DNA of 63,779 bases, counting the filler, from Octopus bimaculoides (Eukaryota), in NCBI RefSeq assembly GCF_001194135.2. It is 7 parts of 7 records of this genome, joined end to end, with 100 filler letters (N's around TTAATTAATTAA, not from the genome) between each part and the next. Parts side by side here need not be neighbours in the genome. Positions count along the whole stretch, not along the records: positions 33,258 to 45,978 come from NC_068983.1; positions 46,079 to 49,281 come from NC_068991.1; positions 49,382 to 53,976 come from NC_068997.1; 4 more parts are not named here. One strand, 5' to 3'. The position numbers and the translations under genes are program-made. The notes beneath the pieces were generated by a model that did no database searches, was not told the origin of the DNA, and saw nothing but the letters and a program-made list of their open reading frames with translations. Below, piece by piece: positions 37,036 through 49,914 of this stretch. Position 1 is the first letter of the stretch, and each line of letters starts with the position of its first letter.

Positions 37036-39220
37036 TATAGTAAACATTAAAAAATCAAATGATCGCAAATGGTTTCGATATCAAACCAATCTAAGTGATT
37101 GTGTGTAAAGAATGTCGATAATTATAATTGTATAATGATGAAACTATTAAGATTTAATTCTTTTCTGTAGGAGAATATAGAAATCAGAAGTAATTCATCT
37201 AGGGATCGAACTCAGAGGTTCGTATCGTTTCGTGTTAGCTCCAACACTGTCTTTAAACTTTAATATTGCGTCAGCTACACACATCTCGAACTTACTGAAA
37301 CCCCGCCCTACCACTTCACGTGCATAAACGAATTCGCACATACACAGACAGGATAAATAGTTTTTTTTTTTGTTTAATTTAAGCATACTTTTTAATATAT
37401 GAAATTCTCAAAAAATTATACTTCTTTTTCTTGTGAAAGCATACGTGAATTGGTTTCATAATTTAGCAATACATTATCTGTATGAAAAAATTAAAACGAA
37501 TAAAATTAAAATGTGTAGCATGCAAATTTGTGGAAGCAGCGGAAGATGACGGAATAAAAAATAAAAATAAATACCAAACTCCAAATACTTGCTAATGTAA
37601 TAATAAAACAGTCGTATTTATAGCAAATTTTGACATAAGAGTTACCTGATTTTTATTTTCCCTCTTCCTGTCACACTTTTACTTAATACGCAAATATTTA
37701 CAAAATTGCAGATTTTAGGTAGGAATAGGAAGAAAGAAAGAACAAAACGGAGATGCCAAAATATAAACAGAAAGAAAATTGCCTAACTCAGTATAAAATT
37801 TAATCAGGTTTAAAATGGAAAGTTTCTTTCATACTTGTAATTTTAGAAGAAAAATCTTTTCTTAGTAAACTTAATTTTGTGCAGAACAAATTAAATGTTA
37901 CTCAGATGGGAATTGACATATGGAGTATGTGTAACATATAATACTGGTAAATAAAAGACATTTGGCACATGAAGTATAAAGATACATTTGTTGATGTGAT
38001 GTTATTCTATTATGGCTGTAAGAGTGAGATCTCTTCAATTAATAAGTATTAATTAAAGCAATTTCTCTCTTGAGAATAAAAATGCTGTATTATTAATCCA
38101 AAGAACGATCCTTTTTACCTGAAAGCAATTGACTGTCTAGGTATATCTTCAAAACAAACAAAAGGAGAGGTGGTCATAACTGGAATGTATTTAGTGATAG
38201 GTTTGCACGATTAGTGATTATTGGACCAATTAAAATCAATTTTCACCAGCACCTTGATCGTACGTACGTTTCAAAGCACATCGGTCAGATCGAAAAAGTC
38301 TTTTCATATATGTCCAACCTCTAATGTTTGTCCTATCGATTTTGTTGATTCATTGTAGGTTCCGTATTTTGACGAGGTCAAGATATTATTCTAATCGACG
38401 TTTTCCCGTTCTCACAATGAAGACTAATGCCTGCTAACAAATCTGTAAAAGCCTTGACTCCGAACACAATGATGCCGGAGGAAGGAGACGGAATCGGTCC
38501 CTGCAACTTAAAATGTGAGAGCAAATAATGCAACATATCTCATCCATTGCTTAAAGAATTCTTCTAACCCACTGCTGTGAATTTATATTTATTAACTACA
38601 GAAGGATTAGAAACTGTAAAGCAAAATCAACCAGTTAAGATTTGAGTTTAATGTACCGAGAGCGGAAATAAATAATCTCTCCAGTTTACCGCCCTGTGAA
38701 GTATTTAACATCGATGAGAACATTAAGAAATGTCTGCAACATTGTCTATACAAACAATATTCGAGAGGGAAATACGGACATGGCACTTAAACCACTTATC
38801 CGTTAACTAAGATATTTATTACACTATTAATCTGCCTTGCCCATTTTCTTTTCCGAAATTACTTAACTGCTTTCTTTAAACTTAGTAAACATTTCCTTCG
38901 TTTTAAGACAATGATGGTGCCCCAGCATGGTGACAGGCTTGAGCAGGAACAAGTAAATGCCTAATTTGTCAGCTGCTTGTTATGTTGAACAGTAATGCGC
39001 AGCAAACTAATATGCACCCTATAAGATGGAACAGGCGACTGATGCAGTCGGTAAATGTATATGTGATTCAATACATTCCAGTGGTCATGGTCCGTGTTTC
39101 TAATCCGAAATTATCATATTCAATATTGAATATTAAATAGCCATACAAAACTAGTTTCTATTCAATTTGCATATTTATATATCCAAAACAGAAAAGTATA
39201 TTTTATTATTTCGAACATTC

Positions 39221-39414
39221 AAGGCGACGAGCTGGCAGTGTCGTTAGAATGCTAGGCAAAATTCTTAGCAACAATTCGTTCGTCTTTATGATCTGAGTTC
39301 AAATTCCGCTGATATCAACTTTGCTTTTCATCCTTCCGGGGTTCATTAGAATCTATGTAATCGACTTTCTCTCTACCCCCAAGCTGCATGCTTTGTGCTA
39401 AAATTTGAAGCCAT
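39221..39414 (+). mobile_element. SINE family A copy
   Basis: aaggcgacgagctggcag head, gagttcaaattcc B box, tttcatccttccgggg core. Confidence 0.85.
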
Positions 39415-40630
39415 TACTTTGAACATTCTCCATAACACGTAAACGCCTGTTATATAAACTTGGCCTTATTCTAATAACTTCACAACATATTATATTCATT
39501 ACAGCATACCTTTCATGATAACAGAACATAAACTCTTAATTGTAGGTCTCCTAATAAAAGGAAATAACCTGTAGTGCATTGTTGTATATAGTCTAATTAA
39601 TAAACTAACAAATTATCAATGAAAAGGTCACATGTAAGTGCTCCTTCATCGATTTAGTGCAGTCTTCATGGCCAAGAGACCAATTTATTTAATTTAACCT
39701 CATTCTTACTAGCAGTTTATTGAGAGCTCTGCGCAATCATTGATTTCTCACTTTCCCACATAAGAACACATTTCTTCGGAAAATTAGGGACATAATTAAA
39801 TCAACGACTCTGCGTGCATTGTACATCTTGTTTAGGCGAGAGTTATTACCTGAACATTAAAGGACTCAAGAAGATATTGATTATACTGCTGCCATTGTTT
39901 ATGTCGATGGACCACAAAAAGAGTTATATACGACTGACACACTAAACGCGTGTACGAAATGTAATTCTTTTTTTTTAATTTATCAGAATTTTACTAGTTG
40001 TTCGGAGGAAATATAAGCTCCATGTCTAAATCTGATAGAGAAAAACATGAGAAATATTTTCGAAATCGTAATTGATTTAATATAAAATGGAGTACGTTAG
40101 CAGGATCATATAACTATAAAATGCGTATTTTCACATAGAAAACAGACAACTGCTTTACATATTCAAACCAAAAACAGGCTCATTGAAATGCTGATTCTCT
40201 AGCTACACCTACAACTGCCCATCAAACTTGTTTTAAAAAATATAAGTCTAACATTCAAATATATGTCAGACACAAATACCGCCATCCATCAAAGCCTTAT
40301 TATTTAAACATGCCTTATTACATGGCATATAAGAAGCACTTACAAAAATGTCTTAAAATCCCTCCAAAAATCGCCTCGGGTCCTACGTGTGAAGTTGGGT
40401 TTCTATTACATGCTCTAGTGTACTAAAACAAACGTCTCTTCCCTAATATACGCTACTGAAATTGGGGGACATTTGCTATGCCCGGGCATCTTTTAAGCAT
40501 TGAAATTCGGTAATTTCATTGGGACGCACGTTAAACTTTAGAATGGTCATGTTCTTTGCACTTGGTAATTAAATTGATAACGCTTGTAATTTAATCCAAA
40601 TTCAGGAAACAAGAAACACGCCACAGCGTG

Positions 40631-40774
40631 TATTGGTTTTAAATATTGGCACAAGGCCAGCGGTTACTTGGGAAAGACATAGTCGATTACATTAACCCCA
40701 GTGACCAGCTGATACCTAGTTAATCGATCGCTAGAGGATGAAAGGCAAAGTCGGCCACGACAGAATTTGAACCC
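40631..40774 (-). mobile_element. SINE family A, 5'-truncated copy
   Basis: ggatgaaaggcaaagtcggccacgacagaatttgaacc and tail ggcacaaggccag on +. Confidence 0.75.
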
Positions 40775-41678
40775 ATAACACACAAACATATATATATGTA
40801 TACATATATACACAGATACATACATATGCGCATATAAACGTATGTAAAAGGTTGAATGTGCATTCGTCCTTTAAGTGGAGTGGTTTCCAAAAAGAATTCT
40901 AACTTTGATCCTTCATATTTTGCTGAGAGTTTACTGGGATAAATTGGGGAAGATATGAAAAGGAGTATTAGTATATTAAGTGTATGACTAATTTATGGAA
41001 TCAAGTTCTACGTATCCAATCGTATTTGTCAAAAATGGAGGAGGTAAGTTGTTAAAAGGTTGTAAGAAGTTTATTAGTGCATACAATCGTTTCGTATGAT
41101 ATAAATTCATATGAGAATTTGCAAATATCAAAGTACTCATCAGTGCAGGGAAAAAATAATAATAGAAACTTTTAAAAGAGCAGAGTAGTTAGATCTATGA
41201 GTTTCATGCTTATCTGTTCCTATCTACGTGTGATAGTGACGGGAGTCAAGTCAATTATTAAGCCACAACTAACGTTAGGGGATGATATAAATATAGAGAT
41301 ATCGATAACTTTTTTCTCTATAGATTAGTATATGTTTTCTAATTACATCTCCATATATGCAGCATAGAGCGAGTTAGGAAGATGTCCAGTGAGAAAATGT
41401 AATCGTTGAAAACAATACTTGGTATTTTGTTTTTATAAAAATTCATAAACAGATGAAGAAAGTTTAGCGTAAGAGAATTATGTTTGTAAAAATTTACACT
41501 AGAAAGTTAATGTAGGCATTTATGAAAATATAGTGGAAGGAGTAGGAATTAAAAAGAATGAAGTGGATGTGGATTAAGGACTCTTGTTTACTCAAGATCC
41601 ACATTGCCCATTGAGGTAACATGGAAGTATAATAAAGCTTTTTTCTCTTGTGTGTATTGAGGGAATGTATATACATGT

Positions 41679-41719
<41 letters not shown>

Positions 41720-42907
41720 NNNNNNNNNNATAGATTCCTCATTGCGTGTGATGTGGATTTTGAAACAAGACGGTGTATTGAAAAGACAACCACATAAAAT
41801 ACATTTCCGATTTGCACCATCAAGATCTGCAGTTTACTTCTGATTTGTGCGTATCTTAAAATGTATATAACTATTTTGAGAAGGAATATGAATAATCAGA
41901 AATTCTCTCACAAAGTTAAGGTTTGCACTTAGAAGTGCTCAAGGGGAAACTGAGATGAAAAATATAAATACATAAAATGATGAGACGTAAGACCAGGAAA
42001 TTTAAATGGAACAGAAACACAATAGAGGACAATCTCCTAAAGGCAGGAACATAGGAGATGGACATAAGAGGTGTTGGCGGTCGGCAGTTAGGCCAAGAAA
42101 GAAAGATCATGGCTGGCTGGCTGGACAATGGTCACGTGGAAGGAGGAGAGATGGGTAGAGGACAGCGGGAATTTAGGATTAGAAAAAAAAATCAGACAAA
42201 GAGAAAGGTACAGGTGAGATATACGAGTGGGAATTAGTGAGAGGTAAAGAAAGAGAGGGCCAGGAAATGTGAGAGAGGGGGTCGAGAAAAAGAAAAATGT
42301 TAGAAAGTAAGAGGTGTACTAAAAGATAGCGTAAGAGTCGTACAAAATTTAGATACATACCTACTATAAGGTGAGCACAAGTATGTATGTATGCCGCTAT
42401 ATGCATATATAAATATAAAAATGGAAGAAAAACGCAATAGAGGACAATAAAACATTCGAACAAATAGACAATACAAAAGCTGTGACATGAGAAACAACAA
42501 TTAGAAGGGCAGGCAAAATATATATGTAGCGACTTCCTCACTTGGTAAAATTGGATATATTGGGAAAAACTTTGCTGGCAATAAGGCTGTTAAATATATC
42601 TTAAGTGTCAAATGTCTTGTTATTTATATATTAGTGAGTGTACATAACGTATCAACAAAAGAACAATTTATGTTTACATCCGCCTGGCATTCACTGAACA
42701 AACTTGTTAAATCACAATGCCCGAGAACAACAGATGTATATTTTAAATTTAATATAACTTTTAATTTTAATATAAACATAAATTATTAAAACTCACCAGT
42801 TGGTGATGAACGTTTTTTTATCCTGTGCATTTATAAAACCAATTGATGTAAGCAACTTATATTTCCCAAAATCTCTCTCTTAGGTTTTGTTGTTGAAATG
42901 CATCAAT

Positions 42908-43730
42908 ATCTGGGGTATCCAAAAGAAACCGGAAATTTTCAATATTATTTTATTCGCTTAGTTTTGCATGTTTACACTTTTAGCACCGACAAGGTATTCT
43001 CCATTTGAAGCGCGTTTTCCACTATTCGAAGCAGTACGGGAACTTTTGTGATGACTATTAAATCATCCGTCGATTTTTTTCTTCACTCCCTCCACATCTG
43101 CAAAAACCGTAGCACCAGTTTTCGTCACCAGTGGTGACCTTCGAAAAAGGGTCCGGATGAAGTACCAACTGTTCTTTCAGTTCGTGACACTCATTCAGTC
43201 GTGACTGCTTTTGATCTTTGTGAGCAAGCGAGGCACAAAGTTTGCTGCAGCTATTTTCATTCGCAATTCCACGCTCAAAATTCGTTGGTAGGAGCTCCAG
43301 GATACATCAGTTATATCAACAACTTTGTTCGGTGATGTTAGGTGATGTTCCTCCAAGATCAGTTCTTGAAATTTTGTGATGTTTTCATTCGTTCGGAAAG
43401 TCGATGGACTTTATGAACAAGGTTGGTCTTCAAGCGACAAGTGACCATTCCTAAAGCGCGGAAACCACTCATAAACTTGTGTTTTGCTCATGGCAGCGTC
43501 CTTCTAAGCTGTTTGAAGCTTGATAACTGTTTCAGCCGTCGTTTTCCTCCCCCAAAAAACAGAATATCACAGAAGCACATTGTTTCTTCGTTTCAGCCAT
43601 CGCAAAAATCAACGAACAAGGTAGAAGCACTGCAAACCAAAGACGCAATGCATAGCAATACGACACAAGAGAGCGACGCCGGTCGACAGACTGATGCCTG
43701 AAGGTCGCATGAAATGGTTTATGGCGGTGA
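42908..43730 (-). mobile_element. Internally deleted mariner element
   Basis: From ATG at 43600: MAETKKQCASVIFCFLG..DAAMSKTQVYEWFPRFRNGHLSLEDQP..SPSTFRTNENITKFQELI (mariner HTH region). A C-terminal remnant (CFE*WK.R..GEY) lies near 42985-43040; catalytic core not seen. Confidence 0.8.
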
Positions 43731-43949
43731 AAGCCTGAACAACAACAGGATTGTTCCACAGAGAACATTTCTGATTAGGAGAGTATTGTAGTTCGCTTGA
43801 AACATTGCGTATTGCCTGTAAACAATAATGATAGTAAATAGTAATAATGTGTTTTGAACGGCACAACATTGCACTATAATAACAACAATGGACTATAATA
43901 ACTGTTATAATTTAATCATCCATTGTCTCATATAATATTTCGGAATATA

Positions 43950-44104
43950 AAAATTCCATTATTTACATTATTTACATTTGACGGAAATTTGTTTTCATCT
44001 TGTTTGTTGTTAAGACAACGTTTCGACTGATATACCCTCCAGCCTTCATCAGGCGTGTTGGGGAAATTTTAAACCTGGGTTCTCATTCCTAAGGTGTTTT
44101 TCGA

Positions 44105-44171
<67 letters not shown>

Positions 44172-44250
44172 TAGGTCACTGCCTGAAATCGAACCCGGAA
44201 TCTTGGGGTTAGTAGCCAGCGTTCTTAAATACTATGCCATATGCCCACAT
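43950..44250 (-). mobile_element. Non-coding element: tRNA-like Pol III head + (TAA)n + hammerhead-bearing tail
   Basis: Minus strand: A box TGGCATAGTATT (44228-44239), B box GGTTCGATTTC (44185-44195), (TAA)n at 44108-44171, hammerhead core at 44021-44052, terminal repeat tgtaaataa x2. Confidence 0.7.
44012..44060 (-). ncRNA. Minimal hammerhead ribozyme motif (HHR-3)
   Basis: CAACACGC-CUGAUGA-A-GGCUG-GAGGGUAUAU-CAGUC-GAAA-CGU-U-GUCUU: intact core, 5-bp stem II with one G-U, palindromic ACGU stem III, partial stem I. Confidence 0.7.
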
Positions 44251-44326
44251 GCATATGGCATAGTGGTTAATTGATCAAGTCACTGCTACAATCGAGTTTC
44301 CAGCAGTGACTCGATCAATCCCTAGG

Positions 44327-44368
44327 GATATCTGAAGAAGAAATTGTTATATTCCGAAATATTATATC
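44327..44368 (+). ncRNA. Minimal type I hammerhead ribozyme motif (HHR-4)
   Basis: GAUAU-CUGAAGA-A-GAAAU-UGUUAU-AUUCC-GAAA-UAU-U-AUAUC: perfect 5-bp stem I, intact core, stem II 4 of 5 pairs, palindromic AUAU stem III. Confidence 0.7.
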
Positions 44369-44840
44369 AGACTATAGATGATTAAATTACACCAGTTATT
44401 ATAGTCCATTGTTTTTATTATAGTGCATTGTTGTGCTATTCAAAACATATTATTACCATTTCGGATTACTTTGGGGTACCCCTTCGTAGATATTGCTTGC
44501 TAATTACATGTTACAAAATAATACTCTATCAAAAGACGTGTGTAAAATATATATTTTAATCAGATAATTAATAGTAAGAGCACTATTAATATCTCGTATG
44601 AACTTGTGCATAATTGCAATCGTGTTTATATCGCTGACTGGCGATAGCAGTCCGCTACGGTCCCTGAACTGACAGATCACATACGTATGTATATAGCTAT
44701 GTATGCCTTCGTCTATGTGTATGCATATGTCGGTATGTATGTATGTATGTATATATGTATCTATATATCTATTTGTCTATCTAACTCTGTGTGTGTATAC
44801 ACAAACACTCAAACATACACATACACACACACACACACAT

Positions 44841-44871
<31 letters not shown>

Positions 44872-45425
44872 CAGAGAAAGAGAGAGAGAGATAGAGAGAG
44901 AGAGATAGTGAGAAAGAGAGTGAGTAATGTGCTTGTGTGTGTATGCATAATTGAAACAATTTGGAAAGGAATTGATGGGCCTTATAGAAATAGTTTGAAA
45001 CATGTTGAACTTAATAAAAATAAAAGCAGTCCATATTATCCCATGTCTCTTACATTTTATAAATCTAAAACAATATTTCGGCATGAAAATAACACCCTGT
45101 AAAAGTAAACATTAAATGGGGATAAAAAATACAATGATAAACTTGGAAATCTTTTAAAGTTTTTAGTGAGATATTTTAGTTATTACTTCAAGTATAAACT
45201 TTCAAGGAAGTGAAGAAAGATGAAGTGCGTGATAAGGAGAGAAAGATGAGACGTAGTAGAAAAACTAATAACATTTACTGTTACATAAGAATGATTACTG
45301 TTATCATTTAGTGTTACTGTGCAAATCAAGGCGTTTCGTGATCGAGTTGAGCTTATTACTCAACAACTTAAGCAAAATGTAATCTGAAGATGTCTATTCA
45401 TCTCATTATTATTAATTTAACAAAA

Positions 45426-45640
45426 GCGGTGAGATGGCAGAAACGTTAGCACGCCAGGCGAAATGCTTAGCTGTATTTCGTCTGCCTTTACGTTCTTAGT
45501 TCAAATTTCACCAAGGTCGACTTTGCCTTTCATCATTTCGGGGTCGATAATTTAAGTACCATTTGCGTACTGGGGTTGATCTAATCGACTGGCCCCCTAT
45601 TCCTCCGAAAAATTTCGGGCCTTCCGCCTAGAATAGAAAA
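45426..45640 (+). mobile_element. SINE family A, well-preserved full-length copy
   Basis: A box tggcagaaacg, B box gttcaaattt, core gtcgactttgcctttcatcatttcggggtcgataatttaagtacca, tail tttcgggccttccgcctagaatagaaaa. Confidence 0.9.
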
Positions 45641-45727
45641 ATTTATTATTAATTTAACGGTTTCATCTCACGTAAATATGCCTGAGAGAAAAAGAGAAAC
45701 AAAAGGAAAGTGTGTGTGTATGTGACG

Positions 45728-45771
<44 letters not shown>

Positions 45772-47028
45772 CTGGGCTATAATGAGAGACAGAAAGTGAG
45801 GGAGAGAAATCAATTGCTAAAAGACGTATTTCGCGGTCCATTGATATTCCGATGTCATTTTAGTTTCGCTGTGATTGGATTTTGCTATTTGATCTGGCCT
45901 TATTTCTTATATATACACATTTACACGCACACACACACTCACGAGTATGTGTATGTCTATATATATATATATATATATNNNNNNNNNNNNNNNNNNNNNN
46001 NNNNNNNNNNNNNNNNNNNNNNTTAATTAATTAANNNNNNNNNNNNNNNNNNNNNNNNNNNNNNNNNNNNNNNNNNNNATATGTATACACACACACACAT
46101 AAGAGGAAGTTGGGGGCGTTTGTGTGTATGTATATATTTATATGAATATATGGTCTCTTCTGTTTTTAATTTTTTGAAATCTGACAAAGGAGCTGGTTTC
46201 TAACAAAGGTACAAAGCTCATTCGTTGCAATGAAGATGAGTGTGTGTGTGTGTGTATGTGTGTGTGTGCATGTGTGTGTGTATGTGTGTGTGTGTATGTG
46301 TGTGTATGTGTGTGTGCGTGTGTGCGTGTGTGAGTGTGTGTGTGTGTGTGTGTGTGTATATGTCTGTCTGTCTGTCTGTCTGTCTGTGTACTGTAACCAA
46401 TATCTATTCCAATTCAAACACCTTACCTTCTGAATGTCTCACAGTCACAGTCATTGCTCATCTATGAAATACTTGCATTAGCTACTTGAAGTATTAAACA
46501 CCTTCTAAGAAGAAAATCTCTTAGAGTTTTTGTTGCCATTCTATCTTTCTTATATCTCTTCGTTCTCTCTTCTGCATTCCGCCTCTTCCTTCTTTATCTG
46601 AACTTACATAAACCAACGATTGAAATATTTCTATATTATGTAACATTTCGTAGATTATTAAAACTAAATTTGGCACTATATCGCGATCAGAGACAATCAT
46701 TTTGTCATGTTAACATAATCCTTATGGAAGGGTATTAAAGTATTGTACGAATATGCTAAATTACTACGCACTATTCTGAATAAAAGATAATTAAGATTAA
46801 GTAGAAGAAATTAAAGAAACAAAAGTAGAAGAAATGAAAGATTATCTATTAAAGTTTAGTATACACAAATCACAATATATTTGTGACAAGAAATATGTAA
46901 TCTATATACAATAATAAATGCATATAAAATGATTAATTCTTTGTTGATAATATGAGAGCCACAGCCGGAATTTGAAAGATGTTATGTTCGACTGTCTGTA
47001 GCGACTACTTGACCACTTTTTAAAAAGA

Positions 47029-47174
47029 AGACGGTGAGCTAGCACGCCGAGTAAAATTCTTAGCGTTCTGAGTTCAAATTCCGCCAAGTTTGACCTTACC
47101 TTTCGCTCTTTCGAGGTCGATAAAATGAGTACCCCCACCAAATTGCTGGCATTGTACCAAAATTTGAAACCAAT
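47029..47174 (+). mobile_element. SINE family A copy with deletions
   Basis: Head, B box, gaggtcgataaaatgagtacc core and aaattgctggc..aaaatttgaaacc tail. Confidence 0.8.
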
Positions 47175-48647
47175 ATTATATGAAAGCCATTCAGTAGATT
47201 GTTTTTCTCAGTTATATCGATTTGGGTTGACGGAGTGCTATTTATAAACAAGTCTTCATATCATTATTTCATTATTATGAGGCGGTGTACTGGCAGAATG
47301 GTTTTGTGCTACTATTTAAGTTAGGCAAACGGTAACGGCGTCTCCATACTGCGAATGCTTTATTGTTTTCTGTTGTTTTTATCATGGCTTGATCCAGTGA
47401 ATACCGTGCATTTGCTGTTGAAAAGTTAGTCAATGTAAGACGTTTCTTTTTTTTTTTACGGCATCCTGTATAATACCAAACTAGGACAAGCGACGCGGAT
47501 AATTAAAAAGCTATTCCAACATAGGACAGAAACATTAAATCTAAATCTTCTAATAATATATATGGGAACTTGTACTATATATGGAACTCGCATTCACCTA
47601 CACGAAAAAGTATGCCACTTGCTTTCTTTCTTTCTTTTTGTCTCGATTTACTCCTGAATTTCCCATTCTGCTTGACAGAAATACATCCACACAGATGCAA
47701 ACTCAAACACATATAGACACACAACATACATAGACATAAAATACAATATCCATGTATAAATATACTTATATGTAATATATGTGTGTGTGTATGTATGTGT
47801 GTGTGTGTGTGTATGTGTGTGTGTGTGTGTGTGTGGTATGTGTATGTATGCGTGGTGCTTAAATCAGCGGCTGCTATGTTACGGGTTCAAACAGAATAGC
47901 CATAACGGATATGACGTGATAACTTAACGTCTACAACGGATATGAATTACTGACATCCAATGACCTAGTAGTCTTATAATAAATACTCTTCTATCTCTCC
48001 CTCTCTTTCTCCAAATTCTTACTACAATCTGTTTCTCTCTCTCTCTCTCTCTCTCTCTTTATCTTCTCTCGCTCACGAAACGTATATACACTATACCCCT
48101 CGAAACGCATAAGCACATAATCGCAGGCTAACGTATTCGGTGTAATAAGCATAAATAGAAATTATGGCCGTCATGAGAAGAAAAGCCATCAGTGTTGATA
48201 AGAATTATTGTCAAGGAAGAACTTACCTTGTCCCTCAGCACTGTTATGATGTTATAATATCCGACGTCTGACCACACCCGATTTCTTACTGTAGAAAGAT
48301 TGAAGGACAGAGGAAGACATAGACAGAAAGATAGATAAACACACAGACAGACAAATAGGTAGATAAATAGATAGAGAGGTAAAAAGAGAGGCGTGACGGG
48401 AGTGAAAGAGAGAGAAAGAAAGGAAGGAAGAAAGAAAGAAAGAAAGAAAAAAACAAGAAAAAGAATAAGAATCATCCTCAGTGCAGGACTGGTACAATGA
48501 TGGCAATGTGGACCTCAGTGAGGTTCGAACTCAGAGCACAGAGATCCGGAGTGATTACCAAGTAGACAAGCAGTCCAATGTACTGATGACCTCTTTGTAA
48601 GATGAGGAACCAGGAAATTTCGATTGATAAAATTTAAACGGGTGTAT

Positions 48648-48776
48648 AGGCACAGACTGTGTGGTAAGGTGTCTGATTCTCAACCACATCGCCCGAAGTT
48701 CAGTACCACTGTGAGGCACCTTAAGCAAGTGTCTTCTACTATAACCTCGGTCCGACCAAAGCCTTGAAAGTGGATT
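48648..48776 (+). mobile_element. SINE family B, 5' part
   Basis: tgtgtggtaagg..gcaagtgtcttctactataacctcggtccgaccaaagccttg. Confidence 0.8.
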
Positions 48777-49381
48777 TTATAAAAGGAAGGAAGGGGTAAT
48801 GTCATACCTGCCGTGGGATGATGGAAATTGTACGCTGAAAAAATAAATCAACCATCATTTCAACTCTGTGTGAATATATGTGTGTGCATATAAAAGGGAG
48901 TATGTGAATGTGTGTGGGTGTGTGTGTGTTTGTGCGTGTGCGCGTGCAATGGAAGTGGGATGGTTTGTCTTTGTTTGCTTAGTATTTGGGTTTATTTTTG
49001 ATTTGGTTGAATCTTGGTTGTCTTTTTTTTTGTCGGTCAGTTATTTTTAGCGTTTTGACAGGAAAAAGTCATTCTAAAATTGTTTTTTAACGTAAGCGTG
49101 CCCAAACAAGTCGAATGCTTACACAGAGCAGGTTTTACAGCCGCATCATCCAAATCGACCGAATGATACTGGGCTTAGCTGCTAGTATATATATATATAT
49201 ATATATATTACATATATATTTATACATATGTAATATACAGATATATATATATACATGTATGTATGTATATATATATATATANNNNNNNNNNNNNNNNNNN
49301 NNNNNNNNNNNNNNNNNNNNNNNNNTTAATTAATTAANNNNNNNNNNNNNNNNNNNNNNNNNNNNNNNNNNNNNNNNNNNN

Positions 49382-49416
<35 letters not shown>

Positions 49417-49914
49417 GCACACACACACATATACATAAAGAGACAAACGAGTGAGTTTAGCTTCTGTGCAGGCCACGACTTTTACTATCTCTCGCTGTTG
49501 ACACAGGATAGAATAACAAAACAATTGTTACATGATTGACAGTTTGTACATAAAACCGGATCACCCACGCTGCGTATGCACTCGCGCTCGTATGTGGTTC
49601 AGTTCAGGCTTCCGTAGTTAATTCGGTTCACTAAAAATAAATTTTAATCGAATGAAATTATAATTATATTTAACAATTCGAAATAAAGTGATTAACGCTA
49701 ATGAACATTTCTGTTAAAACGGGTAAGGGAGAGAACTCACTAAATTTTAGTACACGACAAAATAATTAGAATTACGAAGAGCAGAGGTAGTAGATTTGAT
49801 CGGTGGAGACAATTTCGTGCATGTATCAGTCTTATTAGAGTTCTTCGGCAAAACTAAGGCCACATGGTGAGAGATAGGTACGTAGTTTTTGCTTAAGTTT
49901 GTACCCTTGCCGTG

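Noticed and set aside
48584-48625. CTGATGA-cctc...gagg hammerhead candidate
   Set aside because: GAAA is not positioned after the stem, there is no stem I, and it abuts a SINE head remnant.
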